A stretch of 61,881 bases of DNA, filler included, from Choristocarpus tenellus KU-1152 (Eukaryota > Protista > Phaeophyceae), in NCBI GenBank assembly GCA_964200185.2. It is 9 parts of 9 records of this genome, joined end to end, with 100 filler letters (N's around TTAATTAATTAA, not from the genome) between each part and the next. Parts side by side here need not be neighbours in the genome. Positions count along the whole stretch, not along the records: positions 1 to 3,631 come from CAXNAD020018844.1; positions 3,732 to 7,367 come from CAXNAD020018822.1; positions 7,468 to 22,422 come from CAXNAD020001088.1; 6 more parts are not named here. One strand, written 5' to 3'. The stretch's first letter is position 1. Every line of letters begins with the position of its first letter. The notes beneath the pieces are model-generated. The model was not told the DNA's origin and made no database searches. It worked only from the letters and a program-made list of their open reading frames with translations. Made by a program: the position numbers and the translations under genes. Below, piece by piece: positions 1 through 13,400 of this stretch.

Positions 1-99
1 ACCCCCCCCCCCCACACACAGATACTTTGGGTCAGAAGAATTCAAGGACTGGTGTTGTCTTGTGTTTCTGTTGGTCGGTTTTAGCTTATGTTCCTTTTT

Positions 100-900
100 T
101 GTTGCAAGGTGTTCACAGAATAATTGTACAGAATAGTTAACCTTACTCTCTAGCATCCAAACCTTCCCCTTCCTTGCAGATAGTAATTTTTCCAATTGAC
201 GTTTTCAGTTAATGTACTCTTTTGTTTACCACACAGAAATTTCTTCCAGAGATATACATGCTCTCCGATCATTTGATAATTTTTTCTTGCACTTAGCCTT
301 GGCTAACCCGACCAGTCGTTTCCAGGAAAAGTAATCTACAATGATCTCCTCTTTGCTCCTTGCTCCTTGAACTTATTGGGATGAGTCAACCCATTTTCTC
401 CTTGACTTCGCTGACTTGCACTCATTTCTGCCTCCTAATTGAATCCACAATGGTGTACCTGTCATGAGCGGTTGGTCCACCCTCAATCTTGCCTTCTTCA
501 CCATGCTCTTGCTGGTAGCAGTTTCTGCAAGAAACAAATTTGCACGAAGGGGAGGTAATCTCCTTTCCTATTGCCGTCTGCAACATTGATTGGTCTTCAC
601 TGCTCAATGGTCAGGTGGCTAAGTCAAACCATACATGCATGGCATGGTCAACATAGACCATCATCCAGGCCAAGTATATTTGACAGGAATCTCACCATGA
701 CTGTGAATTGATTTCATGAGAGTGGATGGTCTTACCCATAGCAGTTTATCACAGTTATTTACAGCTCCCAAGGTATTCCCACTGTGTATTACAGGACGTT
801 TCTTGTTTCCTTTTAGGCGGTCTTGTACGTACATCATGATATAGGTGCTGGGGTTATCTTTTTCAGTTACTATGTGTGTGCATATGTGCTTGCCTTCATT
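100..900 (-). mobile_element. Degenerate LINE (non-LTR retrotransposon) fragment, end of endonuclease plus linker
   Basis: The minus strand gives DHAMHVWFD (like the SDHxxVW end of APE endonucleases), followed by a K/R-rich linker with stops and frameshifts. Confidence 0.4.
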
Positions 901-908
901 GTGTTATT

Positions 909-1165
909 GAGATAAAGTATTTTAGAGGGTATGAGTTTTGCCCTGTTCGTCTTTTAGATCTTGGCTTCCCATGTTTTTTTTATGACATTTTCCTGCTCCA
1001 AAATGTTTGGGAGTAGGTAAGATGTGTACGTTATGAAAAGGTGTATCCGGAACAAGGATATTGGCACTTCCTAATAAACTTGATAACCAAAATTACATCA
1101 AAATCGCAACATCGGATTTTGGTCCCCAAATGGACGCGGCTCTACCCTCTAAGATACATTAGCTC
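909..1165 (+). mobile_element. MITE family 1 copy (~257 bp, diverged)
   Basis: GAGATAAAGTATTTTAGAGGGT...ACCCTCTAAGATACATTAGCTC; interior matches the copies at 17720, 57791 and 61433. No TSD is preserved. Confidence 0.85.
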
Positions 1166-1899
1166 GTTCCTAAGTGTGATTCAAACCTTCGCTGCATGGA
1201 GAAAGGAAGGTTGAAGAAAGCGTTGCAACAATAAAACTATTAGTATGATGAACGAATGAATAAGGTTAGGGACAACAACGATACCAGTACTACTACACTC
1301 CGCTGAGTCTGGAGTCTAAACAAAGTTGAATTCAAATGTCTGATGGCATGTGCATACACGTACAAGAAGATTCAGTACCATACAGGTTTTGTGTGTATAT
1401 GTTACAGCACGCTCCAGAAGCTTACCTACGCAGGATATATAGCTCCAATCCACAAGCCTACAGAAAATGCTGATGCTTACGCAAGCATCTCAGGGCACTT
1501 CAACAGTCCAGAGGAGTCCATTGCACGTTGGGTTAGTCGAAGGTCAGCTCAGCAGAACAGGGGTACTTCTCATTTTCGAACATCAATGGGTAATTAGCAT
1601 CAAAGAAAAGAAGCTTCTTAGGAGGACTGTTTAATAAGCAGCGCTCTTTAATTCTTTTATCATCATCTGCTTTTTATTTGTTTTGGCTAACAGATGTTGG
1701 CATGCATCTGAAAACTGTTGCAATATTCCCAAGTTACAGATCTTACTCTGCAACCTTTAGCAAATCGGAGTTCCTCTTTCTAAGGTCCCCCACGTGTGTA
1801 TACTGCTCGCGCTTGTTAGAATACGGTAAAAAATACTTTCACTATTCGCCTTTAACATATATTTAAGTATGGTCCATTATCAAGTTGAACAACAACATG

Positions 1900-2480
1900 T
1901 GTTCACACCTAGGCTTGTACTGTGTGGAGCCCATCCTTTGAAGAGGGTTGATTTGTGCCTCAACATACCGCAGAGCTGATTTGGTAGCCAGTTCACAGTG
2001 GGCCCCCCTGCATACATGAGTGGGTTAGGGGAAGATTACGGCGCAAATTCAGTGCAAGACACTGTTCATGGATGGGCAGTTCCAGTTACTTTATTGAAAG
2101 GGTGGAGGGGGGGGGGGTGCAAGGGGAGAAAGGTGCAAGTCAAAATGTTACACATCGCATATTACTGTCTTCCCACTTCTTGCATTGTGTCAAATGTTCT
2201 GTCAGTAAAGCGGAAATAAGATGCCTTGCAAGTAGCAATGACCAGGAAACCCCAGGGCAAAATATGTCACGCTCAATCCCCTGTCAAGTGAGGACTGTTT
2301 ATAGCCAAACAAAAATGAGATTGATACAAGCTATGTTGTATCTGTGAGAGGAAAATGATCTGTTTGGCACAAAAGGACTAGCAGACATTGGCGCAGCTTT
2401 GTAGACCACATGCACGTTCTTGTCTTGCCTGGCTTTCAAGTCTGCTGTGTTGAATGAGGTGTCAAAGTCATGTAATAGTT
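1900..2480 (-). mobile_element. Highly degenerate Ty1/Copia reverse transcriptase fragment
   Basis: Minus-strand remnants HDFDTSFNTADL (cf. HxDVxTAFLxA) and LFGYKQSS (cf. LYGLKQS). Confidence 0.35.
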
Positions 2481-3093
2481 AAAACAATATTTTTCTTCCA
2501 AGAATGCAGTTCATACTACTGTTGTTGTCTGTATGTTGATTTTTTTTTTTCCTAGAAAGGGAACATGTTTTATCTCTCCTCAAATTCTCTGTTGTAGTAG
2601 TTATTTGTTTTGGTTAACTACTCAGAGATCAAACATCTACAAGTGTGTGCACCTGGTGATTGGCAACTTTTCTACCGCTTTTTTTTGTTATTCATTATGA
2701 ACGACTAGACTTGTCGCCGCGTAAAAGTCGATGTGGAGGGTATATAGTGTTGGCAGTCACCTCCTGCATCAACTTTGTCGTGCCATAGCTTTTGATCAAC
2801 AACGATTTTTGTAATGAAAATTCGTTTGTTGTAATCGCATAATCTAGCTTAACCTTATTTGCTGGGTCTCGGTGGGTCAACTTACAGCAATCGTGAGAAA
2901 TACAGGACCATACTTGAATCAAGTAGTCCACACCGCGCGGGGTGCCCCGCGACACACGCACCCGTGCATTTAAGGATGATTTTAACGGCGTAAGAGGCCA
3001 TCTTCATCCGGAGAACATGGCGTTGTTGTCTCTCCAGTTTCTTTCCATTCTTTCCCGTTTATGCGATGTTGTCACCTGCAGACTAAGGCTCAC

Positions 3094-3631
3094 TCATGGA
3101 GCCCCGGGCCTCTGAACCAGATAATCAATGCCAAGTGAAATGAGGTATTCTGAAGGTGCAGGCCTTCTGTGAGACTTAAATATCTTATACACCCTGTCTA
3201 ATTTGGTGCACTCCATGCCTTTCTCTTTGGAATATATCAGGTGGTAATCAATACTCATCCTGAAGAACGGCTCAAAGTATCTGGGGGGGGGGGATGGCGG
3301 TTGTCCATTTGGGGCCAATTTTTTCATGTCGCGATTTTTGGTTGATTTGGTTCCATACGTTGGATGGATAATGAAAGTGCAATTTTCCTGGTTTTGACCC
3401 AAACGAACACTCTGGTGTAGACTCCCCCTCCCCCCCTCCAGATACTTTGGGTCAACCTCTCCACAATTACTCTGGACAGCTCCCCTTTCTCCCTAAGACT
3501 GACAGGAACGTTGCCTCTCACTCCAGGCAACGTATAGTCACAGTGGCCTCGTACATAGTGCTTCGCCCGCCCCCAGACCATCTCTATCGGGTTCGATTCA
3601 CTGTGGTACTTTGGAAGCAGTAAGAAGTGTC
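3094..3631 (-). pseudogene. C-terminal part of an IS630/Tc1-like DDE transposase, interrupted by a MITE
   Basis: After removing MITE 3269-3453 and one AAC: HFLLLPKYHSESNPIEMVWGRAKHYVRGHCDYTLPGVRGNVPVSL...IVERFFRMSIDYHLIYSK...KIFKSHRR. This matches the LPKFHCELNPIExxWGxAK...CDYT...KSHRR transposase signature. Confidence 0.8.
3269..3453 (-). mobile_element. MITE family 2 copy (185 bp), TSD AAC
   Basis: TIRs GGCTCAAAGTATCTGG...CCAGATACTTTGGGTC flanked by AAC/AAC. Confidence 0.85.
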
Positions 3632-3731
3632 NNNNNNNNNNNNNNNNNNNNNNNNNNNNNNNNNNNNNNNNNNNNTTAATTAATTAANNNNNNNNNNNNN
3701 NNNNNNNNNNNNNNNNNNNNNNNNNNNNNNN
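3632..3731. other. Artificial contig spacer (44 N + TTAATTAATTAA + 44 N). The same spacer recurs at 7368-7467, 22423-22522, 35104-35203, 40634-40733, 44068-44167, 48211-48310 and 56575-56674
   Basis: Identical 100-nt structure with a six-frame stop linker, repeated 8 times. Confidence 0.97.
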
Positions 3732-6221
3732 GGGGGGGAGGGCTTGATGCAGACCCTCGTTCTGAGGATAAGTTTTACAATCCCGAAGCAGGTGGCCCAC
3801 TATTAGATAGTCTATTTGTTCATCTCGCTCCTCCACTTCATCCCTATCTGAATACTCCTCCATTAGGGACGGATGAAAGGACAGGTTTGCACTAGGTGAG
3901 AGGTCATCCTTTGGCAACAAAGGAGATAGATTGACTAATGATCCTCCCCTTGGTTAAGGGAATGTAGGTCGGGTTGTTAAAGATCTGGCTGTTGACCCTT
4001 CCCTTGGTGACAGGGAGGGAGGTCAGGTTGACATGAATCAGTCCAGAGACACTACCCAAGACAATGAAGGGAGTGTAGGACATGCCTCATCCTTAAGTTC
4101 ACATCACTCGTCTCAGGCAGGTGCTGTCCCAATGGCTGGCTGTGCTGCAGCTTGCCAGCTGGAAGAATATCTTCCCAATCCAGTCCATGAACCTTGCATT
4201 GAGTTGGGTAGGACTAGACAGGAAACACGTGCCAGAGTTGAAGGGATTGCAGGTGTTGGTGATGTGATGTCTCTCATTGCTAGTGTAGAGAGGAAACATA
4301 CTGCTTACACCCTGGCTGTACAGCCCATGATTGAGTGCCTGAGTCTGTGTTGATGTGTACCCCCCTTCATGGTCGTCTTTTTTCTGAGTTGGGACAGCCG
4401 TACAGTTTTATCTTGAGGCTGTGTCTAAGGAGTTGGATGATTTATTGGACACAGGTACCTTCAGTGTTGCAGATGTACCCCTGGAGCTCAAGGCTATTTG
4501 TTCCAAGTGAGTGTTCAAATGGAAGGGTGACTGTTTTGATATGATTAATGGGGCTAAAGCTAGGCTAGTTGCTCAAGGCTTTCGCCAGGAGTATGGCGTT
4601 GATTACTTTGAAACCTCTGCCCCCACACGTTCCGCCTCATTGGTTAGGCTAATGACCAGAATGGGCTGTGAGTTGGACCTGATGATGTGGCACCTAGCAG
4701 GCCTTTGTTCATTTTGACCTGGATGAGGAAGTGTACATGTGCCTCCAACAGGGATGCAGATATCTCTCCTAAACAACCATACGCCTTCACAGGTCCTTGT
4801 ATGGTTAAAAGCAAGCCTCTAGGACTTGGAATGCTAAGCTGGCTTCCACCCTTAAGTGTAATGGTTTTGAGCAGTGTCTGATTGACCTTGTATGTTTAGA
4901 CTCAGGCGGGACGGTGTTGTCAAGGTGATGCTTGACAATTCATGTGGATGACACTATGGTTATGGCGTTTGATGAAGATTGTAATGATATTTGTGCCTCC
5001 CTGAATGAAGAGTTCCCCACCAAGAACCTTGGCTTGGTATCTCAGTTTTCTGGCTGCACTTTACACAAGGGATTGGAAGCGTGGTACCCTCTCCATTACC
5101 CAGACTAACAATATTGATAGTTTGTGTGAACGTTCCCCCCCCAATCAACAAGTCCTATTCCATCCCTGCTGCCCCTTCCAGTAAGCTGGGAATTAGGGAG
5201 GGAGATACTCTGTGAGGGGATTGCCCTTTTTTAGAGACACCTGGGGGGTTAATGTGGGTCAGTAACATGACCAGGCCAGCTGTGGTTAATGCAGTGAGAG
5301 CTGTAGCCTGTCATTCACATGGTCCAAGTCATGTCCACTGGAGATTTGCGACCCAGATCCTCAAGTACCTCAAAGGAACACAGGAGTCAGGGTTGATACG
5401 TGAGAATATTGCAGGACTGAAACTAGTGGCCTATGCTGATGTGAACTATGAGACTTTTGACAGACGTTCTGTATCAGGGGGGGCAGTGATGTGTGTGGGG
5501 GGGAGCAGTAGACTGGATTTCTCAGACCCAGCACATCATTGCACAGTCCACCGCAGAGGCTGAGTACATAGCCACGGGGGACTGTGTGGAGGAGTGTTGT
5601 TTTCAAGGGGTGTGTTGGAGTTGTTCGACCTCATGTTTCTGGATCTTGTTATGCAGTGTATGAGGACAATACAGGGGCCACCCACTTGGCTAACAACCCT
5701 TGAGTTCTGGCAGGACCAAGCACATAGGTGTATGACACCATTTTCTGAGAGACTTGGTCACAAATGAGCAAACACGGATCATTCGTGTCGACTCAGATGA
5801 GCAGTATGCATATATGCTGACTGAGCCCTTAGCGGAGGAACTGTTTTGGAGGCATGCAGGGGCTTTGCTGAACTTAGACAATGTTTTAGGTAAGTTTTCT
5901 TTTTTTTTTTTAGGGATTTTGAGTTCTTCGTTTCGTTTGGATTTCCATTTTAAGTGAGTTCAGTAGCTAGTTGTGTCTAGTGAACGCTCAGAGGCGTTTG
6001 AGCTAGGGTTAGGGTTAGGAGGGTGTTCGAATAGACTCCTCCAACTGTATCGGAGATAACTAGCAGAATGCATGTAGAGTCAGAATACAAGAGTTATTAG
6101 TTGGTAAACCCATACTTGTTCTTGTGTACAAACGGGATGGATGGGAATTGACTCTATTTAGCAACGTGCTTTTGAGGTTGTATGGTCACCCCCTCTCCTC
6201 AGGATTAATCACTCTACAACA
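3732..6221 (+). mobile_element. Degenerate Ty1/Copia LTR retrotransposon (RT, RNase H, PPT, 3' LTR)
   Basis: FKWK...KARLVAQGFRQEYGVDYFETSAP (RT); LVAYADVNY..DRRSVSG, STAEAEY, YEDNTGA..LANNP..SGRTKHI..HHFLRD and EQYAYMLTEPL (RNase H). Many frameshifts. Purine tract AGGAGGG precedes TG at 6024. Confidence 0.92.
6024..6221 (+). repeat. Putative 3' LTR of the Copia element
   Basis: Begins TGTT immediately after the polypurine tract and ends AACA; the second LTR is not in the contig. Confidence 0.55.
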
Positions 6222-6289
6222 TTTGGTAACATTCCTATATTGATCTCTTCTATCCATATCACATATGACCTGGTGGGATACTTTAAGAG

Positions 6290-6660
6290 CAGGCATGCGC
6301 ATCGAAAATCTTTCTACTGTGCTTAGTTAGCTAAGGTGCTGAACACGGGCATCTACTCTCTTGCCCTTGCCTCTCTAGGGTTGCAACACGCATGTCTAAC
6401 ACCAACGTGCTAAGGTCACAGACACACGTGTCCAACCCTTCTGCCTGGATAGCTAGGGCTGTGGACAAGAGCATCAAAACCCTTTCTATTATTGTGTGTC
6501 CACCCTTTCGGCCTTGCCTTGGTAGGATGGCAAACATGCACATTCAACCATGAAATCCTAAGGTTGTGGACATGTGTGTTCAACCCTCTTGCTTGGCTAG
6601 GTAGGATTGGGGACAAGAACCAAACCCTATCTACTGTGCTTAGCTAGGGTTGCCGCTAGA
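6290..6660. repeat. Degenerate tandem/minisatellite-like repeat
   Basis: Recurring AAACCCTxTCTACTGTGCTTAGCTAGG, CAACCCTxTxGCxTGGxTAG and ACACGxGTC units. Confidence 0.5.
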
Positions 6661-6824
6661 CCGGACTGCTGTGTCCAAAACAGGGGTTGGACTCAAAGTA
6701 TCGCTGAAAACCTGATTCAATCGCCGAGCTCTCTCACAACCAAGTTGTTTCATAGGCACAAGAATGATCACGACACTTCTTGACACAGCAAGGGCATAGT
6801 GTATTCCGGTAGTGCAGAACCAAC

Positions 6825-6912
6825 ATTATTATTATTACTATTACTATTACTATTATTATTATTATTATTATTAATAATTTTATTGTAATTACTGTAATTA
6901 TTATTATTATTG
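6825..6912. repeat. (ATT)n microsatellite
   Basis: Imperfect ATT/ACT trinucleotide run. Confidence 0.9.
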
Positions 6913-7289
6913 TTGGGGTGATTGGGTTACTATGGCGCAGTGAATGACTATGCTCGATGTGCAGACCTAATGGGGGTGTACTCAAGCAATACGTAAAATG
7001 TGTCCCCTTCTTCAGGGTGGCCAGGCCACCAACCGTACAAGAAAGTTCCCCGTTATGTAGAGTTACCAGTAGAGTTCCTAGTAAGATAACTTGGAGGTAG
7101 AACTAGCGGTTATGGCACAGCAATGCGAACTGCTAAGGGTGTAAGCAATTTATTGTACTTACACAGGTAACATCTTTTTTATTTTGTCATCTTAGTCATA
7201 ATTCGTCCCCACTGACTGAAAAACCGCAACCCGATAAAAAATAAAATGGCTTATGTGTATGCAGTAAGCAGCACTCTCTAAACCTACAT

Positions 7290-7334
<45 letters not shown>

Positions 7335-7498
7335 AAAAAAAAACAAAAAAACGGCAAAAAAAGAGAANNNNNNNNNNNNNNNNNNNNNNNNNNNNNNNNN
7401 NNNNNNNNNNNTTAATTAATTAANNNNNNNNNNNNNNNNNNNNNNNNNNNNNNNNNNNNNNNNNNNNCATTAATCCCTCTTCTTCATCATATGCTCAC

Positions 7499-10400
7499 CT
7501 GGTGTACAGCCTCAAGCGAGACAGCCTCTGATACTGCCCCACCTGGTCCCACAAGCCGGATGCAGGGCTGAAGATTTGGTCTACCCTCTCCAAAGAGATT
7601 CCATTGCCCCTTACCCTTTCCACCACCCTTGTCATTTTCCCCCTTTCCATCCCCTTCCAATTCCTCCTCCTCATCCACTTCCAAAAAGTCATAGAGAGCA
7701 GCTGATGCCCCAGACCCTACGCTCTGGATGTGCTTGCGAATCGTGTCCCAGCATATATCCCCTTTTTCCTTCATGTCAGGGTCTTCCATGCAGGGGATGA
7801 CATCCACGTCACAGTTCAGACCATTGCACAGAATAAACCTTGGCCATACTGTCACCACCCGAGTTCGATGGAAGGTCCCAGGCAGGATGCTAACTGTTAC
7901 CCCAAAGACACCTGCTGGTGCCTTAGCTTCCCCAGTCGATCTCACTGCATCTGTAGAGAATGCCTTGTTTTAGCAAAGCAGAGGGTGTAGGGTACATGCA
8001 GAGAAAGATATTGCTGCCGTGTATCACTAAAGCAGACATCAACCTTCAGTTTAGGATGGAAGACTTGACCCATGTGTATATTTCCGACAGTATCAGATTC
8101 CCTCTCACTGTGATTCAGGTGGTGAAGAAAACACTGCTTTCGGAAATAGTTTACCAATTCTAAATCAAAACTCAATAGTGTGGGGAAACGATTGCTGAAG
8201 GGGCGTAAACTACCTAGACTTTGGTAGGACTATGTACTTCAAAGTACAACACAATGGTAACGGAGAGTACATTGAAGGCAAGCAAGGAACTGCTCTTCCA
8301 ACCATCTCAAGTCTTTGCCATCTCAACAAAATCAAAGAAATAATTGAAAAATTGCCCTGATTGAGCGACTTTCCCTCTACTGCTTATTGTCATGCACATA
8401 TCCTAATTCACCTTGCACCACCCACGCCCACGATTGTCCAGGTCCAATGGGGCTTGCACCAGTTCCCCACTTGACGCCTTGTCCCAAAATGGGGCCACGT
8501 GATCCCGTGGAAGTAACTTGTGAAGTCTGCTGCCCACACTCTCTCTCCCCACTACAGACTCACTACAACCTCCAAAGCTGCCAGCTTCTGAGTCCGGTAA
8601 TGGCGATGGCAACGGAATCGGCACTGGAGAAGTGGACACAAAGTCATGCTCCCCCTCAGGGCCATCCAAGGGAGGAGGAAGAAGCCCTGAGACTGGGCTG
8701 GGAACATAACTGGGGCCAGGGCTAGGGAATGGAACGGAGTCAGCTTGTACAAAGCAGAAATACATACGCCGTGCTCCAGATGCCTTGTTCCCACCAAGCT
8801 TCACCACTGTACCTGCCGCCACAACCTTGGAGAACATATTGTATCCCCACTTCGCTGGAACAGGTGGGGTAAGGACTGCAACTGGGCGGAGACCCTCTTT
8901 CCCATCCGAAGACTTCGTCACTTTTTGTATGTCAACTGATGGTAAGAATTCCCCCACTACCTGCTCAAACCCTCCAGATTGAAGCCACTTTGGTGGTGTA
9001 TGGGCTCTTGAGTCAAAGCACACAACCACACGTGACCTCTGGAAGACCTGGAATGAAGCGATGCTGCGGCCTGAGCAATGCTTGTCACTCTGTAGGAGGG
9101 GGGGAGTCAAGATGTGGTAGTATGCATTAAGAACAGGGCTAGAAAAATCATGCTATCATGAGGGTTGAGAGGGGAGTGAAGATGGTGTGGGAAGAGGAGA
9201 GTGGGGGATCCAATCATTAACTAAGGCACTTTTTGAGAACGACATCTGCTCATCAAATGAAGTACTTGAAGATTGCTGTGAAAACACGGCAAAGACCCCA
9301 TTACGGAGGGTGTAAATGGCTTTAAATTATTTCAACAGCAGCCTTGTGCCTACATATCAGACATCGCAATAGAAAATGAAATATGCTATACAAACCATGT
9401 CTTCAAATGCCCCCACATTCGATACCTCTATTCACGGACAGCATACCAGATCAAAGGGTGCCCCCAAAAGAAATATAACTCTGATTGGGAGATGAAATTG
9501 AAAAAAGACACTATACTTCAGCCACTGGAAAGTAAAGTAGGGGTTTTGATGGGCATTTTGAATCAGTGGAAAGGATAGCATAGATTGCATATACTGATGC
9601 TCCAGAGTGGGGAGAAATTGGAGAGGCACCTGACTTGTGACAATCTGGACAAGGCCAGCCCCTCCCTGTCTCGCCCCATGTGGTAATGCCGCCACGGAGT
9701 AAGAAGCACCTCGGTCAACATAGAGTGGATCCCCAGGGGAAAAGGCAGGATTTAGGCGCCAGCGGTGACTACGGTAAAACTGTAGGAGGGTACACGGATA
9801 AAATGAGGGAGTAGGCAATAGAGGGATAGAGGGAAGTGTTGGGATGCAGTGTATGGTAACACAAGCGAGTCCATTGTTTTCCATTACCCCCCTTTCGATT
9901 TTTCCCAGTTTCATATCCTGCCTTCCTTTCTCACTCTTAACACTTGCCCTCCCCTTCTCCAATATCTCTTCTTGCCACACATACCTGCTGCTTGACATTC
10001 CTATGCATGACTACATGACCCACGTCCACCTCTGTCGCAATCTCCTCTGCAGAGGCCTCCACCACTACAACAAAGTACATGGCCGATGGGAGCTTACCAC
10101 CTCCAACCCCTTGTTCCCTCCCTTCAGTAATTGAATCACCACAACCCCCATGGGCATCCACGTTAGGTCCCAGGAGTGCTTTTACCATGCCCCGGTGAAA
10201 GCGTCGGAAGATAGCAAATCCACATTGGGCAGTATCATGTGGGCGGGCTACTGCAGTAGCTGTAAGATGAGTGCAGCGAGTGTAACCAAGAAGTGCTAGC
10301 CATTTAGGGGGCCCAACAGAAGCATTCGCCAGTCGGATGTCCAATCCAACATACACGCTGCACAAATAGAAGTGTCAAGGGGTGGTGCGACATGATGAAG

Positions 10401-13400
10401 AACCTTGTCTCATGGAATAGGTGAAATGGGTTCCGTACAAAGTTCAATGTTTGTGGATGTGATTAGTAGCTTGGGGTATCAAATGGAATGGGTATGAGGA
10501 GAGTCTGAGAAAGGTTGAAACAAATAAGAAAACATACCAAAGTACACCCCCTTCAATGATAGTACCCACAACCACCATTAAATATTTCTATTGACCCTTC
10601 CTCCTTTCCACTGCCCTCCTCAACCCCCCTCACCCCCCTATGCTCCATTGCTTTCAAAATTATTCTCTCACATGCAATCCTTAGATGGTATAAAAGACAT
10701 GTACCCTTCAGATGGATCGTCCCCTCCACCTCCACCCATCAGTCGGCCAAATTCATTCCCCATTGATCCATCCTTGCCACAGGTCAGCAGGTGAATCCTC
10801 CTTCGATCTGGCCTGGTGAGCTCCTTAGGAAGACTAACTTGTAAAGAAGGGTTATCAAAGTACATTTGATATCGTCCCTCAAGATAATCCTTTCCTCCTC
10901 CAGTCCCACTCCGCCTACCTCCAATTACATCAACCCTGTCCATGCTTCCCTTGCTGAGCACACTGCTACTGCTGGAATACCTGTGGTGGCCTCTGGTCCT
11001 CCTACCCGAGAAAGAAATACATGGCAGGGGGGATTCAGAGCTCTGGGAGCGGGGATCGCCAAGGTAAAGGGGAGGATCTTGGGCGTGGTATGCCATGGCT
11101 AATGGCATCAGCTGAAGCATCTTGCTGCGGCAGTGCAACATCAAGGGAAGCGTCTCCATTTCTCCAAAGACCACTGGCTCAGCCTTGACTTCCTCTTCCT
11201 CCCCCTTTTCGTTTCCTACCCATTCCACCTCTCCCATCTCTTCCATCCTCTCCCCCACTTGTTCTCCTCTGTTCCTTTCCTCATTATCCTTTCCCAGCCC
11301 TTGGCCATGTCCACTATCCTCCATCCCTGCTGGTGCATCTAGTTTACTAGCACTGAGGGTGTCCCGAGAGAAAGAAAGGGCATCCTCATCCGTGTGGTAC
11401 AGCGGAAACTTCGGCATACGCTTTGCTGCTTTGCTATGTCCATCTCCAACTCGTCTATTTTCGGGTTGTTTCCGCATTCCTGGGGATTGGTAAGCTAGTG
11501 ACACGCCAGTCTTGTTCAGGACCCATACCTGCAGGAAGTGCAACGAGGGAGGTCCAGATAGAAATACAGAGATTACATGCTAACTTCCAAAATATCAGAG
11601 CTATGAATGACATAATAGCATTCTGTACTGACGGTGACTACAACCTTAACCACAAAGGACAAAAAGAAGAAATTAAAAAATGATGTGTTGGCGGACTTAC
11701 CAACCTTGATTATTCAAAAATGGAGAGATGAGACCCTACTGGATCGAATGCAACTTACAATCTTTCGACCAAGGAAAGAAAGGAGTGGAAAGGGGAGGGA
11801 GCAAGAACACCAGTGGTAAAAAAAAATGGGAAGGAGGAGGTGTAGTCAGGTGGGTCAAGGTAGGAATAACAAAAAGCATGATGTTTGAGACATGGTTAAA
11901 TTCCTGAAGAGCTCCAGTTCTAATCCTGGCAAAAAAAATCATACAGGAGGAATAGGAAAGGGTAAGTCTTCACAGGCAAAGATCGATTAGAGAAATAGCA
12001 CCTCTAACATAAAATGAAGACTAGCATCTTCTCAACATTAAACCATTTCCAATTCTTCAACAAAAGAGGCAGGAGGGCAGGATTTGCAATAATTCTAGCA
12101 AATGAACCCTTGTTACCACTTCTTTGGTCCCCTTTCGTTCACACATTTCTCTCTAATACATTTGCCACTTGAACCTTGGCATATAGGTAAATACTTCTTG
12201 TTCCTGAGGTGTGTTCCCAGCGCACTCCAATCTTGAACTCTGGGGGAGCCCTTCCACCGATACCATCATCGTACTCAGCCTCAGCGGCAGAGAGCTTGTT
12301 CAGTATTTTCCGATTGGTGTGATGATCTGGAGGGATTACAAATGGGTGACACCACTTGCTGTACATGTTTTGAAGGTATCAAAAAGGCGTTGCAAATTGA
12401 AATCAAGGTCAGAGGGATATGGAGGGAAGCCAATGCATGGATCAAAACGGAGAGGGCATACTGGAAGAAGGAAAACTCACCATGTTTTCTACTCAAAAAG
12501 GAGCAAACGCCCCCAATGCACCTTTGCATAGTTGTACTCATTCCTCTTTTCTGAAACGTTTTTCGTTGTTGACGTGGAAGCGTTCTACACGTAAAAGCAG
12601 ATGATTTGCGAGAGGTGACAAATTGAACTATATTCGGAATCCAGCCGGGAACCTTTTCTGAATCGAAACATTGGTCCTGTACTGTGAGTGCAGCACACTC
12701 AACCACCACATCAGAAAAATGTTCATTTCAGAAGCAAACGTTGGCACCTCTTTCTGGAAATCAGATTATACCCAGAGAACTACCTTCAGCATATACTGAC
12801 GCAAAACAACATGGTCAGACAAATTTGTAGAGGCAACAAAGATGGCAAGGACCTGCATTTCATTGAGGTTTCATGAGGAATGCTAAGCAAGGTCTTCCAA
12901 AGGCAACCTATCCAAAGGTAGGCCACCTGCCCTCTACCCTTACTGGGGAAAAGCTTTACTTCTCATTGTTTTTAGACACAAACGTAGCACTGTACTCTTA
13001 GCAAATGAAATGGGAAAGCATTTACCTGCTCCCCAGGTCAATCTCACCCTGATCCTAGAGGCTTTCGAGTGTTGCTAAACATTAGACATCTGCTTAAAGA
13101 TGAAGCAATCGATCTGAATGATCAGAAGATTGGAGACTCTGAGGAATACATAACTTCGGTCTGAGAGTTTTTCATTTCTATTTGCTGCTGAACAGATAAG
13201 TTATCAGCGTCCACTAGATGTGGCTTGGGGGGTGGAGGAGCTTACCGTATGACCTTGGTGCCTTTGTCACCCACAGATGGGAAACCTGCCCTAATATGCA
13301 CTGCCTTTCTCATGTCGATCCAGCTGATCTTTACCTCCTCCCCACTCCTTAGCAGCCATAGTGTGGGGGAATGTTTCCCTTTCCCAACCTGAGTTGTCCC

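Noticed and set aside
3588-3600. GGTTCGATTC as a Pol III B-box
   Set aside because: It is the antisense of the transposase codons for SESNPIE.
3676-3687. Recurring TTAATTAATTAA between N runs as a biological repeat or CRISPR-like array
   Set aside because: It is an artificial six-frame-stop contig linker, so gene order across these points is not meaningful.
6734-6985. Ile-rich 'membrane protein' ORF
   Set aside because: It is a translation of the ATT microsatellite.
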